Program-made: the position numbers and the translations under genes
Notes under the pieces: generated by a model
Seen by the model: only the letters and a program-made list of their open reading frames with translations
Told to the model about the DNA's origin: nothing
Database searches by the model: none
Assembly (NCBI GenBank): GCA_035084275.1
Contig: CM068767.1
Coordinates: forward strand, 9,610,001-9,674,000
From: Hydrolagus colliei
Lineage: Eukaryota
Direction of reading: 5' to 3'
Length of the DNA stretch: 64,000 bases
Shown here: piece after piece, positions 37,627 to 52,264 of the stretch
How the letters are laid out: each line of letters begins with the position of its first letter
Numbering within the stretch: position 1 is the first letter of the stretch

Positions 37627-40600
37627 TAAAAAGCTTCATCAAACACAAGGATTATACCACCAGAACAAAACATTGGTCCATCTGTCCCAGCACATTAAAG
37701 TACCTCTCAGGTATAGTCTTTGACAAAGAGCCCTCCAATTCTCTTCTACTTGAAATTAGAAATTTAATGGCACAATCTGCCTCCACCATTCCCCTGCTAA
37801 TCATCAGAATGCATAAAGTAATTGAATCTGAATTGTATGCTCACCCACTCTCTCCGAGTTCGAATCTGTGTTGCTCGCTCTGGATTTTTGGGCTGTTAGG
37901 TTTCACTTTATCTCTGCCCTTTTAAGATCTTGAATGCATCAATAAGATATTCCCGAAGCCTTCGTGAACTTTCTCAGCTTCCACTGTGTAGCCTCTCCTT
38001 GTAACTCATTCAACCACTGCTCCCTCCTCCAATGCCAAGAAAGCCCTTGCTGATATGTGGCGATTAGGAATGACCGCAAGAACAGGGTGGAGCAGTGCCG
38101 TGAACAAGTTCAACACCATTTCCAGTGACGTTTGCCTTACTTCACAAGGACCTGGCTTGTTTTCTTTGCTGCCAGTGCTCACCTCAAGCTGTGGGGGAAA
38201 GTTTCACTGATCTGTCCTCTCGGACCCCTTGATTGGTGTTTTGTGACCTATAGACTTGCACGGTTTGGTTTACATTACTATCTTTTATTCTCTTTCCCCG
38301 ACCTCATCTCTGTTTCAGCTCACTCAAATACAACAGTGGTAAAGCGCTATATCAAATGCAAGGATTATTCCTATTACTATTCATATACACGCAGTATTGA
38401 GAGGGGGAAGCGAGAAAGAGAGAAAAATCACGAGGCTTTTAAGTTGACAACAACAGCACCAAAAATAATCGATTCTCCTTAAGACTCCAATTATCAATTA
38501 TGTAATACAGTAGTACGTGCACATTTTATTGATACAAAAGATACGCTGCGTTATAAGCAACATACTGGCAAAACAGGAATTTGCCAGCATGACTGTCCCT
38601 TTCTGTTACGGTGCTGTAGCCGACTCTCGTTGCCACATGATCATTTCAAAAGGACTCAGGAGGAAATTCCCAGCTGTCACACAAAGCGCTCAAGAAAACA
38701 AGTCACTATCAAGGGTTTTCAGCCATGGTTGCACAGTCCCGAGACATTTCCAGCCCTCAGATAACCAGCTCACTGCCATTTCCCCAAAGCTGTGGCAGAG
38801 TGTCCAGCAATGACAGGCTCCACACAAACATGTATACACACAGGCCAATAAACTTTACACTACAGAAATATACAGCTAGGCCAGGAACAGGTTATAGATA
38901 CTAGCCTCTGACAATTTGAGCTCCTCAGTCTCGTAAAAATCATCAATATCATTTGATGTGGAGTCCTGTAGCCTAATACAGTAATTAGAGCACTCGTCTC
39001 GCAAAGCTAGAGGACCTGTGTTTGATTCCCGGCAGAGCATAACTTTAGGTAAGTTTCCATACACCACACACCCCTGTTTACCTAGCTGTAAGCAGGAACC
39101 CAGTTGTTAGTCGATTGGCAGATCACTTTTCTGGAGGTAATAAATCCTTAAAAATAAATATAAATCCACAACTGTTTATGGAACGCTGCTGTGCACAATT
39201 GGCTGCCACGTTTCTTCCACAATATACCCAGCGAATTCACTTCAGAGTATTTCTGTGAAGGGCTTTGAGACCTCTCGAAGATGTGATAAGGCGCTATATC
39301 AAATTCAAGAATTATTATCATCATCATTTGATTAATCAAGACTTAGAAACCAGAGCGCTCGACACAGTTACTTTTAAGAAGCTATCTTCATAATTAAGAA
39401 TGAATTTAATAATTTGCCAAAATATTGCACAATCACAATTTTTTTTAATGGAATGTCTCGAGGTTAAAAGAGAGAATTTTCATGCCTCGACTGTCCCAGC
39501 AGTCGATTTATGAATGCCACAAGCAGATCGCAAGTAAAGGATTACTGACTTGATTGTAAAACTGCTGCAAAGTGGTTCCAAATTTTGCATATCAAGGTAT
39601 CACGATGTTGCTATGCCAGCAGCTGCACCCGGCAGCATAAACCACCCATCACTAATAGTCACTACACTTTACAGAAACTTTGTGAAGCGCTTTGCACTGC
39701 TTGACATCCTAGGCACTACACTGGTACAAGGATTATTAGCAATTGTATAAAAACATGTCTGCTCGTTCCACAGACAAACAGAGGAGTTCTGTAGCTCAGT
39801 GGTTAGAGCACTCACTTCCCGGCCTCCTTGGGCAAGTTTCCTTACTCCACACGCCTGATAATAATCCCTCAAAAATGTTTTTATCATTTCAATCCACAAC
39901 TGTCGCGTTTCACCCACGTTTACACAGTATAGTCAATTCACTTTACAGTATATTCTGTGAAATGCTTTGAGACGCCTAGAAGCGTGAAAGGCGCTCTATC
40001 AAATGCAAGGATTATTTTTATTATTAAATAGGAAAAGGATAAAAAAATTCTGATCCAGATATTGCACCAGAAATCAATTCAGAATTGCAGTAAAATAATC
40101 TAATTCCCATTTATTCCCACAATGTACAACTGCTTAGCATGAAGCGTTAAGAACACATACTTAAAGTACGCAGTGAAAAACTCACAAAACAACTTTTGTA
40201 AAATAGTTTCAGTTCAGTCATCAACTTCACTGAGTAGCGTAGCTTTTGTACAGTATAAGGAATGAACTTTTTCCTACTCTGTCAAAATGTAGGCAAATAT
40301 GATGAGCTAGGATTTTGTCAAATAAAAAAATTATGGCCACAGCAGAATAGTTATCTGCAAACTAGCCATGTACCTACTTAACAATTCTCGCAGTTGGCAC
40401 CTTTCACATTGGAAGAATTATTATTATTATAATTTTTAAACTATCGCTTTGAGACATCTCGATAAGACACAAGGCTATATGCATCGGGTATAATATTAAA
40501 CTTTTGTTGATGAACAACAACAATATTACATTTATATAGCACTTTATATGTTGGGTGAATGCTCCAATGACTGAATAGAATGTATATCAAGTTCCTATGT

Positions 40601-40845
40601 TTTTTCTTAACATCCGCCAAATATAAATTAGTTTGAATTGAAATCACTTTACCGTGGCCAATTTTCTTGCGCACTGTATTGATTGCTAATTAATTTTTTA
40701 TGTTTCCATATCCATTCCAGTTTTTGATGTTCTCTCCCCAAGCAAACATTATGTTCTGATTCCAGGCATATTTTGGAATTAATTCAGCTGATAAGACTTT
40801 ATTTTTTCCCCACTCCTGTCTGCAGTCTTCACCAAGGACATTTGT

Positions 40846-41173
40846 GGAGCTGATGTAGCTCAGTGGTTCGAGCACTCGCCTTGCAAGCGCAAGACCTGTG
40901 TTCGAACCCAGGCAGGTCAGGGTGAAGACTTGGACAAGTTTCCTTACTCCACGCGCCTAATAATAATCCGTCCCCCCAAAAAAACACGATAATAAAATTG
41001 GTCATTTCAATCCACGACTGTTTGTGGGGGACGCTGCTGTGTGCAATTGGCTGCTGCTTTTCGCCCACAAGTATACAGTCAATTCAGTTTACAGTATATT
41101 CTGTGAAGCGCTTTGAGACATCTAGAAGATGTGAAAAGCGCTGTATCAAATGCAAGGATTATTATTATTATTA
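40846..41173 (+). mobile_element. Deu-type SINE
   Basis: Full-length copy. Confidence 0.85.
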
Positions 41174-42807
41174 ATACCAAATATTTATCATTATTTACTT
41201 TAAGCTAAGTTTCTTGCTTGTTCTACCTTAAGTGATTTCCTTTTCCACAGAGTGTTTCAAACATTTGAGCTACCAACTCAAATTGCAGAGAAAAAGTTTT
41301 CCTATTTATTTCCCTTTCAGAATTTGCTTTATGGATCTCACGGAATCACTGTTTTACTGCAGTAATGAATGATTACACACAGTGACTCCACTTCACAATA
41401 TATCCTGTGAAGCACTTTAGAGTCGTCTCAACAACAAGTGTTACATTAAATAATAAATATCCCTGTTCACATCTTCTAGACGTCTCTATATACTGTAAAG
41501 CAAATTGACTGTATATTTTGTGAGCAAAACGCAGCAGCCAGTTGCGCACAGCAGTGTCCCACAAACAGTTATGGATTGAATTGACCAATTGTATTTATTT
41601 TGAGGGTTTATTATTGACCAATTGTATTTTTTTGAGAGTGTGGAGTAAGGAAACTTTCCTTACGCCCTGCTTGGAATCGAACTGGAATCGAACCCGGGCT
41701 TGTAAGGTGAGCGCTCTAACCCCTGAGCTACAGGACTCCACAAATATTCGCATTATTATTATTTAGAAAATAAATCTCTGCACTATTTTCTTTCAAAAAA
41801 ACTTCTCCACTCAGTCTTAAATAATGACGGTGGTTGTGAGGTTTGGCTTGCGGAGACGGACACCGGAATCTTACTCCGGATCAGTATTAATAAATAAAGT
41901 GATCTCGTCATTCCTTTGTACCCTGACCAATTGTCAGTACTGAAACAACAAGATTAATTCCTCATTTTCCGTGAGGAAACCCCTTTTTTTCAAAAAAAAG
42001 TTTCATCTGAAAATGGTAAAAACAACATGATGTCCTAAATTTTTTTTGTCTAGAAGTAGCAAAAATTGCAATAGGCTTAGAATTGAAAACCGGAGGGTGG
42101 GGGGCGAACAATTCCCCAAAACACTCATGGATTTTTTTGGGGGGATGGAAAAATGTTGCTGACAAACAAACCCATGATTACACTTGATCAAGAGCGCAAA
42201 CAAGTTTACAGTCGAAAGACAAAAATATGCTTGTCTGCATAGGGCAAAGGCTGATCACTTCCACAAAGTAAAGACTTATTATTGTTTGGTCGAAAAAAGC
42301 CAGCCACTTTGGTACAAAATATATGTATTTTTAAAATACACGCACACACATATATGTGTTTTAAATATAAAAAGATGCTGAGACAGAATGAATGTGGGGC
42401 AAGGTTTAGGTGACAGCATTTCCTGGAACAATTAGGTTGGTTATTCAATGCATCTGATTTGCAGCTGCATCCATTTTGTAGGCCTCTCTCTCTCAGCCAA
42501 TATCACTATCACAAAGTGCTTACATCAGGCCATTCCAGCAGTACAGTCTGCCCAGCCTCCTGCCCTTCCTTCCCCTGTAACTGTCCACAACCAGACCCAA
42601 CACACCCCAATCATCGGAATTACAATGTTAATGGCCAGCTGGGGTCCCGGGATCCCCTCCACCCCCCAAGCCAGGCGATCAGGTGAAAACTATTGGGTTT
42701 TGACACTGGCTGGAGTTTGACGCTGTGTTTATTTCCTCTCCTCAACTCTCTCACATTTTTGCAAACATACCCAAAAGCTTTTAAAAGGAAGAAAGTCTAT
42801 CTTGCAC

Positions 42808-42847
<40 letters not shown>

Positions 42848-43190
42848 TATATATATATATATATATATGTTCAAGTGCAGACCGTCTCTTGGGCTCTTTC
42901 CCTTCCTCACTCCCTCCCTCATACTCTTTCTCTACCCCTCTCTCACACTCTCTCTCTCTCACACTCACTCTCTCACACTTGCTCTCTCTCAGGCTGGAGT
43001 GTGAAGCCTGGGAAGGTCACCCAGTCACATTTCTCCATCTGACATTCCCCTGGCCCAACTGCCAGCCCCTCAACTCTCTCTCTCTCTCTCTCCTTCCACA
43101 TCACACCTCACACACACCGTCCCCTCCCCTCCCTCTCTCCCCGCAGCCTCCCCTGGCCCCTGACAGGCCCCAGCCCCGGCCATTCCTTAC

Positions 43191-43320
43191 CTTCCCTGCC
43201 TGTGGGGGAGCCGCTGTTGCTCAGGTTGTTTCCTCAGACCAGCTGTGATGTCTGAGTTCTCTCCCCCATTGTCGGAGTCACACACACACACCGACAGTCC
43301 CTCCCCTCCCCTGGGCAGGG
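43191..43320 (-). pseudogene. PRDM2: Decayed PRDM2 exon (end of PR domain; human exon 6 homologue), splice sites retained
   Basis: Acceptor ctgtccccag|CCC, donor AG|gtaagg. DNGGENSDITAGL resembles human YNGEDNPEIAAAI but is out of frame; the phase-0 frame hits TGA; there is a (TG)n expansion inside. Confidence 0.6.
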
Positions 43321-46300
43321 CTGGGGACAGGGGGGGAGGGAGAGGGGGGGGGGGGGGAGGTTAGAATTCAGCCCTGGTCAGGGTCAGATCCAGGTTCAGG
43401 TGGAGGCTGGTGTCCAGGCTGTGAGGCCTGGAGAAGTCTCCCCACCGGGTCAGCCCCGAACTCTCCCCCCGCTCTGGCGGGGATGTGATTAGTACACTCT
43501 CTCCCAACAGCAAACTCTCCGTGTCTCCCTCTCCCTGTCTCCCCCTCTCTGTGAACCAACTGCTAATCTCAGCCGCTGGGAAGTGGACCTGAACAAAGCC
43601 ACTCACTCCATCAGCACAAGAGGGTGTCTGTCTGTGTGTGTGTGTCTGTCTGTCAGCTGCTGCTGTACCTCCAGCTGAACTGTGGCGCGCCCTGGTGGAG
43701 GGAGGACTGCAGCACCGCTTCCACAACAACAAAGTTGCATTGGTAATAATTTCCTGATAATGATAATAAGGTTTAACCCCCCACCACCACCTCCCACACA
43801 CACCACTCTCCCCTACCCCTCTCCCCCCACCCCAGGGAGATTTCACAAGTGTAGCTCAATGGTTAGAGCGCTCGCCTTGCAATAATAATAATCCTTGCGT
43901 TTGATGTAGCGCTTTGAGACGTCTAGAAGTCGTGACTTCTAGAATTCGTGGAATTCTCTCCCTCCCTGCTTTGTGTACTTGCATAGAAACTCTTGGAAGG
44001 CAGGAGCTTTTTCAAGTGGAAACACTGCAATATAATGTCCAATATGAAATCCTTTCTTCTCCTTATTCGATGCAGTGGCTCTAGAGAAGCAGGTTGTCAC
44101 AGCAAGTTGTCTTTGAGGTCCAGAAACGCCTGGAAAAGGAAATAATAAAAATGGATCTTTGTGATGCATTGGTCATTGGAAATGTTCTGTCTAGTTATTT
44201 GTGTTTTGTGCGTTTGAAATTCAATCAGAATAGGAAGGAGATCAACTTTTTAAAATTAAGATTTTCTTTCAAAATTAAACTGAAAGCAAAAAATGAGACA
44301 TTTTCATTTAACAGAGCTATCAGAAAAATTTTACCTTCGTTTTTTTCTGTATTTCCGCTGAGTTCACGTGCTCATCGATCGTGCACTTGCAAACATGTGT
44401 GTGACAGCAAACACAGTAAAATAACTGCCCCCCCCCATTCTTCATGAAGGTCACCTGGATGGACTACAATTCTATCTGATGGTCAGAAGTGCTGCCTCTT
44501 GGCTTCCTCATGGGACTATAATAAGGTATGGACTTTTTTTTAATATACCGTATACATATTGTACAACTTATAAAAAAAAATCCCTGATTAAAGCTACATC
44601 CCTATATATAATAATAACCGTTACATTTACAAGCACTTCAGAATATACTGTAAAGTGAATTGACTACACTTGTGGCTAATTCAGACTCAAACTGAGGTGG
44701 TGGGTGTGGGGAGGATGTGGGTGGGTGAAGGAGTTGTCGATGGGTCCGTCGAAAAGGAGAGTCTTAAGGTGAGACATGAAGGAGGCCAAGAAGGGGGCGA
44801 GGCAGAGGGACTTCAGGATGGAGTTCCAGAGTTGGGGGCAGAGTGGCTGAAGGCTCACCCGCCAATGATGGGGCGGGTGGGTCGGGGGACATGGAGCAGG
44901 CCAGAGCCTGCTGAGGGGAGAGGGGGCGGGCAGGTTGGTAAGGGGATAGGAGGTCACAGACGTAGGGTGGAGCGAAGTCATGGAGAGCTTTAAATGGAGG
45001 ACCAGGATCTTGAATTGGATCCTTTGGATGATGGGGAAACAATGTTGTTGGGCGAGGATGGGGGAGATGGGAATTGCACACAGCGTCCCACAAATAGTTG
45101 TGGATTGAGTGATCAAATTATTATTATTTTTCAAAAAGATCTCTGTTGGTTGTTAATCTGCTTAATATCTGGTGTGACAGACAGGAAAATGTTTTCTCTG
45201 TGAGTTTTATTGTGTGCTGGAGTCTAATGGTGGCTGCAGAACACATATGTGGAACTTATGTCCTGAATCTTAAAGTGCAAATGAGTCTGCACAACTTTTT
45301 TTGTTTCATTATGAGTTGTGAACTTCAAACTAAGAATACAAAGGACAGATGAGCTGATGGTCTCGGTTTTGGTTTCAGAGGGAGTCATGGGGTTTTGGAC
45401 TTTAATCACCTTTCTTCCACACAGCGCACCACTCCTGCCCTGTGGAAAACGACCTTTCTCCAACCTGTGAATCATGGCGTTGAGAAGCTGGCTAAAATGA
45501 GTTTGAGGACTTCTATTTCTGATGGAAGAAAATTCCTGGCCTTCACTAGATTTCCCTTCCCCTCTAAGGCACACAGCACATTTACAAGGAACCTATCTAT
45601 AAATATTTTCTCTGTGTCGGAAAGTTGTGGGTTCACGACCCAATGCAGGGTCTTGGAACTAATATAATCTTGGCTGGCAGTCAATGCAATGCCACAGATG
45701 TTCTTTATTATCAGAGGTTCAATACTTTGGATGAGACTTTAAAGCAAGTTCTGTCTACTTGTTCGGTTAGATATTAACCATCCCATGACGTCATCTCAAA
45801 CGAGAAAGGAGTTTCTCCTGGCCAACAATTCCCCAGATAAACCTGGTTATCCCACTTCATAGGTATTTATACCACATCACTGCGCACAAATTGACTTCTG
45901 TGTTCATCCACTAAAAAGCAGTCTCTCCACTTTACCTGTGCCTTGAGGCAACCTGTGATGTGAAAGGCGCGATATCAAATGCAAGGATTCTATTATTATA
46001 GGTTAGCACATTGTTACAATGCAGTGATCTCAGAGTACTGTAAAAGAAAACCAGAATTAAGAAAGGCGGATTATACTTGCTCTTAAATAACGATAGCATG
46101 TGGCTGAAGTGGAACCTGAATAGAGTTCAATTTGGGGTTACTATTTATCTAGAAAATACTTCAATAATTCGCAAATTTAATTGTTCACCCAACAGTAAGC
46201 AAAGACCCTCTTTCCTGGAAGCATTTGACCAACCATATACACAGGAGTAGGTTTATACAAGCAAAAGAGTTACAGTTGAACTTGAAAGAGCTGTGCAAAA

Positions 46301-48038
46301 CACAGGTGACACACAACAGCAAATAAAGAAGAACATGTCGGAGACAAACAGCACACAAGTGGATTATAATGTAATGTAATGATTATAATGTAAACCATTC
46401 ACTGTGGATTTACTTTTTCAACTAATCTTTTTAAGGCAAGTCAAAAATGACTCATTACAAAGGTACATTTGATCAATGTGCAAATTAGCCTAAACACACA
46501 ACTCAGAGTAGAGAATAGAGAGGAAAGGTGATAACATTTCAGTAATTGTAACGAATGACATCATTCCAATTGTACAGGACACAGGACCTAAGATAGTACA
46601 GTACTGGGACTGTAATGACACAAAAGATACACTCAGGTGAGTTACATAACCAAAGACAATCAATTTGAGGTCCATAGGGGTAGGAATCACTATGATCAGA
46701 TGGTTATTTAGCTTGATGTAAATGTTATACTTAAAAAAAAATCTAGAAAGAATTAGTAAACCATATACAGTACTAGGAACCCATGCTTTAAGAACTCAGT
46801 ATAGAGTAATCTGGATCAGCCATTTGCAAATGACAGAGTCTTTGCTCTGGCAGCATGAACACATCATTCTATCTTTGAGAGAAATCACAAAACACAGGCA
46901 GCACACGAGAATGCTGGCTGGCTAAAACATGCATTGAAATGCCACAACAACAACAACTTCGATTTATAGCGCCCTCCACGCCGGACGGTGTTTCAGAGCG
47001 CTTCACAGTAGCAGATCCCAGGACCGAGCCAGGGGCAGGGGGAGAAAGGTGACCAAGGACGCGGTTGAAGAAAAAGGTCTTTAGCTGAGATCTGAAACTG
47101 GGAAGAGAGGCGGTGAGGTGAAGGGAGTGAGGAAGTGAGTTCCAGAGCCTCGGGGCGTAGTGGCTGAAGGCACGGCCACCGAGGGTGGAGCGGAGGATTG
47201 GCAAGATTTAAATATGTCAACATAAATGCAAGGAAAGTTATTGTAATTCGTACAAATAAAACGGCAGCCAACAAAACCTGAAAATCTTTATTCAGGTTAA
47301 CACTAAAAGGATGTGAAGGAGTTATTTAAAACTGTAAGGAAACATTCGTTCACAATTCCAAATCAACAACAGGAAAGAATAACCACGGAAATCCAAGCAG
47401 CTATAGCTTTCACATGTGCTAAAAGCCCCCACAGACACTACCATGTGTGAGAAGTGCTATATAAATGCAAGTTGTTAATTTAGTTTTTTTTTGAGGAAAT
47501 TAACGCAAACACAAATTCTAGCAAATCTACAATTAAATCTACCTGCGTTTTCCAAGCACAAAAACATCCCTGCAATCTGTTTGAAGGTACGTTTCAAAGG
47601 CTCAGGTTATGGGTTCCAAGAACGAATAAAGGTCAAATGTATTTTTACAGCACTAATCGCAGAACTGTGGGGAAGTCCAGATATTTTTGTGGGGTGGGAG
47701 AGGAAACATGAGAGGTATGGAAGACACTAAAATTGCACAATTGGCTACCACATTTCACCCACAAAATATACCATCATTACATTTTACACTATATTCTGTG
47801 AAGTGTTTTGCGATGTCTTAAAGTTGTGCTAAGGCTCTATATCAAATGCAAGAATTATTATCATTAAAATGAAGCAAAGGTGGTAGTGGGATTAAACTTT
47901 CCAGGAGTCTCCAGAACAAACTAAAGTTTCTGAACAGGAGCTATATTGCTCGACATTGCCCATCTAGCTATGATCAAGTGACTTTAATATCTGTTTTTAC
48001 AGAGAGATGGGAGATGGCTATCTTAGGGAGATGGCTAC

Positions 48039-48167
48039 CTCGAAGACCTTGTAGTAAATAGTCCAGCTGGAAGAGGTTCTGCACGTTCGAAAAGTGAGCC
48101 CAGTTCAGTTGCCTTTGTTTGGATCTGTGGCCTCAATACACATCCACCCAAAGCGGGGACAATCAAC
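48039..48167 (-). pseudogene. PRDM2: Frameshifted PRDM2 PR/SET-domain exon (human exon 5 homologue)
   Basis: VDCPRFGWMCIEATDPNKGN* then shifted NWAHFSNVQNLFQLD and IYYKVFE, versus recalled human VYYPNLGWMCIDATDPEKGNWLRYVNWACSGEEQNLFPLEINRAIYYKTLK; acceptor ctttcag| and donor GAG|gtagcc. Confidence 0.9.
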
Positions 48168-51019
48168 CTGAAAGAGGAGAGAGTTGATCTTGGTTATTGC
48201 TAAACATTTCAGCCGGTTGTCTCTCAAACAAAGACTAGTAACCATCAGAATGGATTGTGTGTGTATGTGGTGACTATATTTTGTAGGCAAACACGGCAGC
48301 CAATTGTGCACGGCAGCGACCCCACAAACAGTCTTGGATTGAAATGACCAATTTTTATCAATTTTTTGGGGGGAACGGATTATTATTAGGCGTGTGGAGT
48401 AAGGAAACTTGCCCAAGGCTTTGCCCTGATCTGCCTGGATTCGAACACAGATCTCACGCTTATTGCAAGTTTATCTCCATTCAGAAATGATCTCTTGGAA
48501 ATGTCTAATCACAACCCAAGAATTGATCAGGGGGACATTACGTAATTTTGTTGAAAACTCAACCGTCTCTTTAACAACATTGAAAAACAATTTCAGATAT
48601 CAGCGTTTTGTACAGGTACTTATTTGCGCATGCACCTCCTCTCATTTGTTGGCCAATGTGACTAACAAGCAATATAAAGCAAAATTTGCAGTTCTTCAAT
48701 CGGAAGTACTGAACCAATATTGTTTGCTGTAGGAAGTGATAGTCCAGTATAAGTGTACACCTTCTAAGAAGCTGATGAATGTAATAATAATAATAAACAC
48801 ATTCATTTCTCTTTACAGTATATTCTGTGAAGCGCTTTGAGACGCCGATAAGATGTGAAAAGCACTATATCAAATGCAAGGATTATTATTATTATTACTA
48901 TTATTGTATTATTGGACAGAACACCAGGAGAAACTCTCTTTGGATGGTGGGGCAGGCTCGAGGGGCCGAATGGCCTACTCCTAATTCTTATGTTATGTTC
49001 TCTTCTCTTTTCGAATAGCGCCTTGGGATCTTTAAAGTGAACAGGTAGATGGGTCCTTGCTTTAATGTCTCAGACACAGTACTTCAGTTAAGGCCTAACC
49101 AATGATTTATACAGTATATGATTTATACCAATCATTTATACAAACTCAACTTTGTAGTCTCCACAATAAAAGGTGGCAGCCGGCCAATGCAGGAGAGTAA
49201 CAAGGATGTGTTGGATGAATGCGCTATGAGCAACAATGAGACAAGCTAGGACTCTTTGGTTTTGAAAGAATACCAAAGGGGACTTTACAAAATGGATTTA
49301 GAGGGGACTTTACAAAATGTACCCAAGATTTTAAATAGGATTGAGAAAGTAGCCTCAGAACATATAGGTTTAAACTTGTGAGGGCAATTTCAAGACAGAC
49401 ACAAGGAATTATTTTATTACTCAGAATAATTAATACATAGAATAGATTCAGGGAGAGGGATTGAAGCCAGGACACTAGACTCATTTAAGAAAAAACTGTC
49501 TGATGCCATGTTGAGAGAGCAGGTGTTTTGGCAGGATATCAAATGAGTCATCTGAATCTCTCGTGAGGTCTTTGCAACTGAGAAGTGAAGAGTGGACACA
49601 GCTATCCCGAATCCTAATTCAGACAAAACTCAACAACAACAGGAAAGACACATCTGGATTCCTAATTCCAGAATATCAGGTGCCGGTGGGCAAAGTCTAA
49701 GGTTGAGGGGTGGCATGTTGGAGCTAAACCTGTGTAGCTTGCCATTGAAAGCTCTCTTGCAAGAGGTGCATGGTTGACAGGAAGCTTTGTTGATTGATCG
49801 GCCAGAATCATTCTACCAGTTGGAGCTTTGGTTTGCAGGATTCACAGCTGAGTGGAAAGAATTCCTGTCCCTGATGTCTTAACCGAAAACTAGAAAGCAA
49901 CCTCGTTGTGTTTACCCAACAGAAATAGACAAAATGCACAATCTCTACATTTTACTGAACATTCTGTTAAGTGCTTTGAGATGTCTTGAAGATATAAGGC
50001 ATTATATCAATTGAAAGGAATATTATAGAAATATTTCAGCATGGAGAGAAGCCATTTTTTCCAGGACTTTTTCATATCCTTTCATTCTTTACTTTTCAGG
50101 TGCTTATCCAATTCCCCTTTGGATAATTCTGTTGTTTCAACCTCGGTAGCTGTTTGTGGTAATTATGTTTACGGCATGACAAGCCTCCAAGTGATGAACC
50201 TAGATTACGTACAGTCTTATTGCATTTGTTGGGACTTGCAGGATGGAATATTCATTTGTTATCAGACAAATGTTCCTTGACCCAACTGCAAGAGCAGCAA
50301 ACTCCTCGAGAAACTCTACTGGGAGTTCAAAGCATTTGACTAGAGGAACCACTGATTAACTCATGAGCCACCTCAGACACAGGGCAACAAAGCAAACCAG
50401 ACAGAATAAATAAATGATTATCTAAATATAACCAAACTCTTGATAAAAATCTGTATGTGGCACTCTTGTTTCTGGAGCGAGAGGGTTAAGGCTCCACGTT
50501 GGGACTTGACCTCATACTGCAGTTTGCAGTAATCCTAGCGGAGGAGCTATCCTTCGGATAAAACATTAAATAGAGGCCCTCTCCGTTCTTCAGGTGACAC
50601 TATAAGAAAAGAGAGTTTCTCCTCCCACTATTCTGGTCAGGAATCTTTCAGGTGAATTTCTCATTCAATTTATGGCTGGTGGCAGGACCTTGCTGTTCAC
50701 AAAAGGGTTACCACTTTTGCTTGACAAATTACTGCAACTTGCTTTGAGACTTGATAGTGTGAAGCAAGGATCTGTGTTGAACTCTGTTCTATTTACATTC
50801 TTCTGTACGGCTATGTTGGATGAAGCTAAAAGGGCTCTCTTCGGGTTGGAATTGTAATAATCCTTGCATTTGATATAGCGCTTTCAAGACATCTCAAAAT
50901 GCTTCACAGTGAAGTGAAATGAACCGTAAAGTGAATTGACTGGTTACTTGTGGGCAAAGAGTTACATAATATATCAACACTGGAAGACTTTGATCTATTG
51001 AGGCTATGAGCAGTGATTT

Positions 51020-51290
51020 AAGGTTTTCACACAAATTATACAAGACCTTTCGTATACTGATGATTGTGTGCTTGTGGCAAATTCCATAGAGGACCTTCAG
51101 CTGATGAAAGATAGATTCACAGTTTCCATGGTTATCTAAGGGCTTGCTATTAGTCTGAAGACTGAAGTAATGCATCAACCAGCTCCTGGGAAGCCACATG
51201 TTAGATCATCGATCACTATTGGCAAAACTGAATTGAATCGGGTCAAGGAACACACCAATCTTGGTAGTGTACTATCTGCTGATGGATCGA
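51020..51290 (+). mobile_element. RTE-clade LINE RT fragment
   Basis: YTDDCVLVANSIEDLQ...GLAISLKTEVMHQPAPGKP...NLGSVLS. Confidence 0.8.
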
Positions 51291-52264
51291 TAAGTGATGG
51301 CTGGAGAGCAGGTAAGCCCACAGACGCGAGGTTTGAATGATGGTTGGGATAAGACACACGGGCCCTGTGAATCGCAGGTTGAAGCGTCAGTGCCTGAGGT
51401 GAGAAGAAGCTGACGGAAGTCGAGCGGAAGAACCTCTATCTTGTTGTTGTTGAACTGATCAAAAACGTAACATCTGACAAGCGATCGGTCAGAATAGCAG
51501 AATTTAACACTGGAAACTGCTGCAGAAAATAAGTGTATTAATTGCTGCTTGGAGTTTAATCAAACAATCAGCGCAGAGGGATAGGCAGGTACATAAATTA
51601 AGTAATTCAACTTGTTTTTCTTCTTTTTTTTAGTGCTCCGATTACCCCAGGGAACCAACCCAAAATAGCTACAAAAATTACATTTCCGGAAATTCTGAGA
51701 GATTAAGAAAAATGACTTGTATTTATGTATTGTGGTTAGCCCACAAGCATATAGTCAATTCACTTTACAGTATACTCTGTGAAGCAATTTGAGATGTCTC
51801 AAATACGTGATAAGACTCTACATCAAATACTCCAGCTGATCGAGTTCAAGATTGTTCTTGTCATTAAATCTTTACATGGTCTTGCCCCACTGTCCCTCTG
51901 CAAACTTCTTAAAACCCTTTCCCTCTGTTCTTGCTCAGCGCACACTGACTTCATGCCTCCCGCCCTACCATAGGCTTTCAGTGTATCTGACCCCAATCTG
52001 TGTGGGACTCCACCCTGAGTTGCTTCAACTCACTCCTTCCCTTACCCACATTAAAGTTTGCTTCAAGACCTTCCTCTTTGATTATGCTTTCTGCCATTGT
52101 TTCCCCTCTACAGCTCAGGTGAAAACCAGAGACGTTGTTAAGCACCTTGCTGACATGAAGGGTACTATTCCAAATGTCAATTTGTATTGTATTTGTAAAG
52201 TTTGAGGAGAACTTGCTGAGATTTATGGTTAGGATATAAGAGTAGAGTATCCCTGCTGCAAATG

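Noticed and set aside
42810-43140. ORFs rich in YI / SL repeats
   Set aside because: (TA)n and (CT)n microsatellites.
43939-44128. Acceptor-like site plus ORF GVSGPQRQLAV...HEF*
   Set aside because: No recognisable homology and no partner exons.
46260-46310. RVTVELERAVQ resembling RAD1 KVTVENAKCVQ
   Set aside because: Flanking codons do not match RAD1; likely chance.
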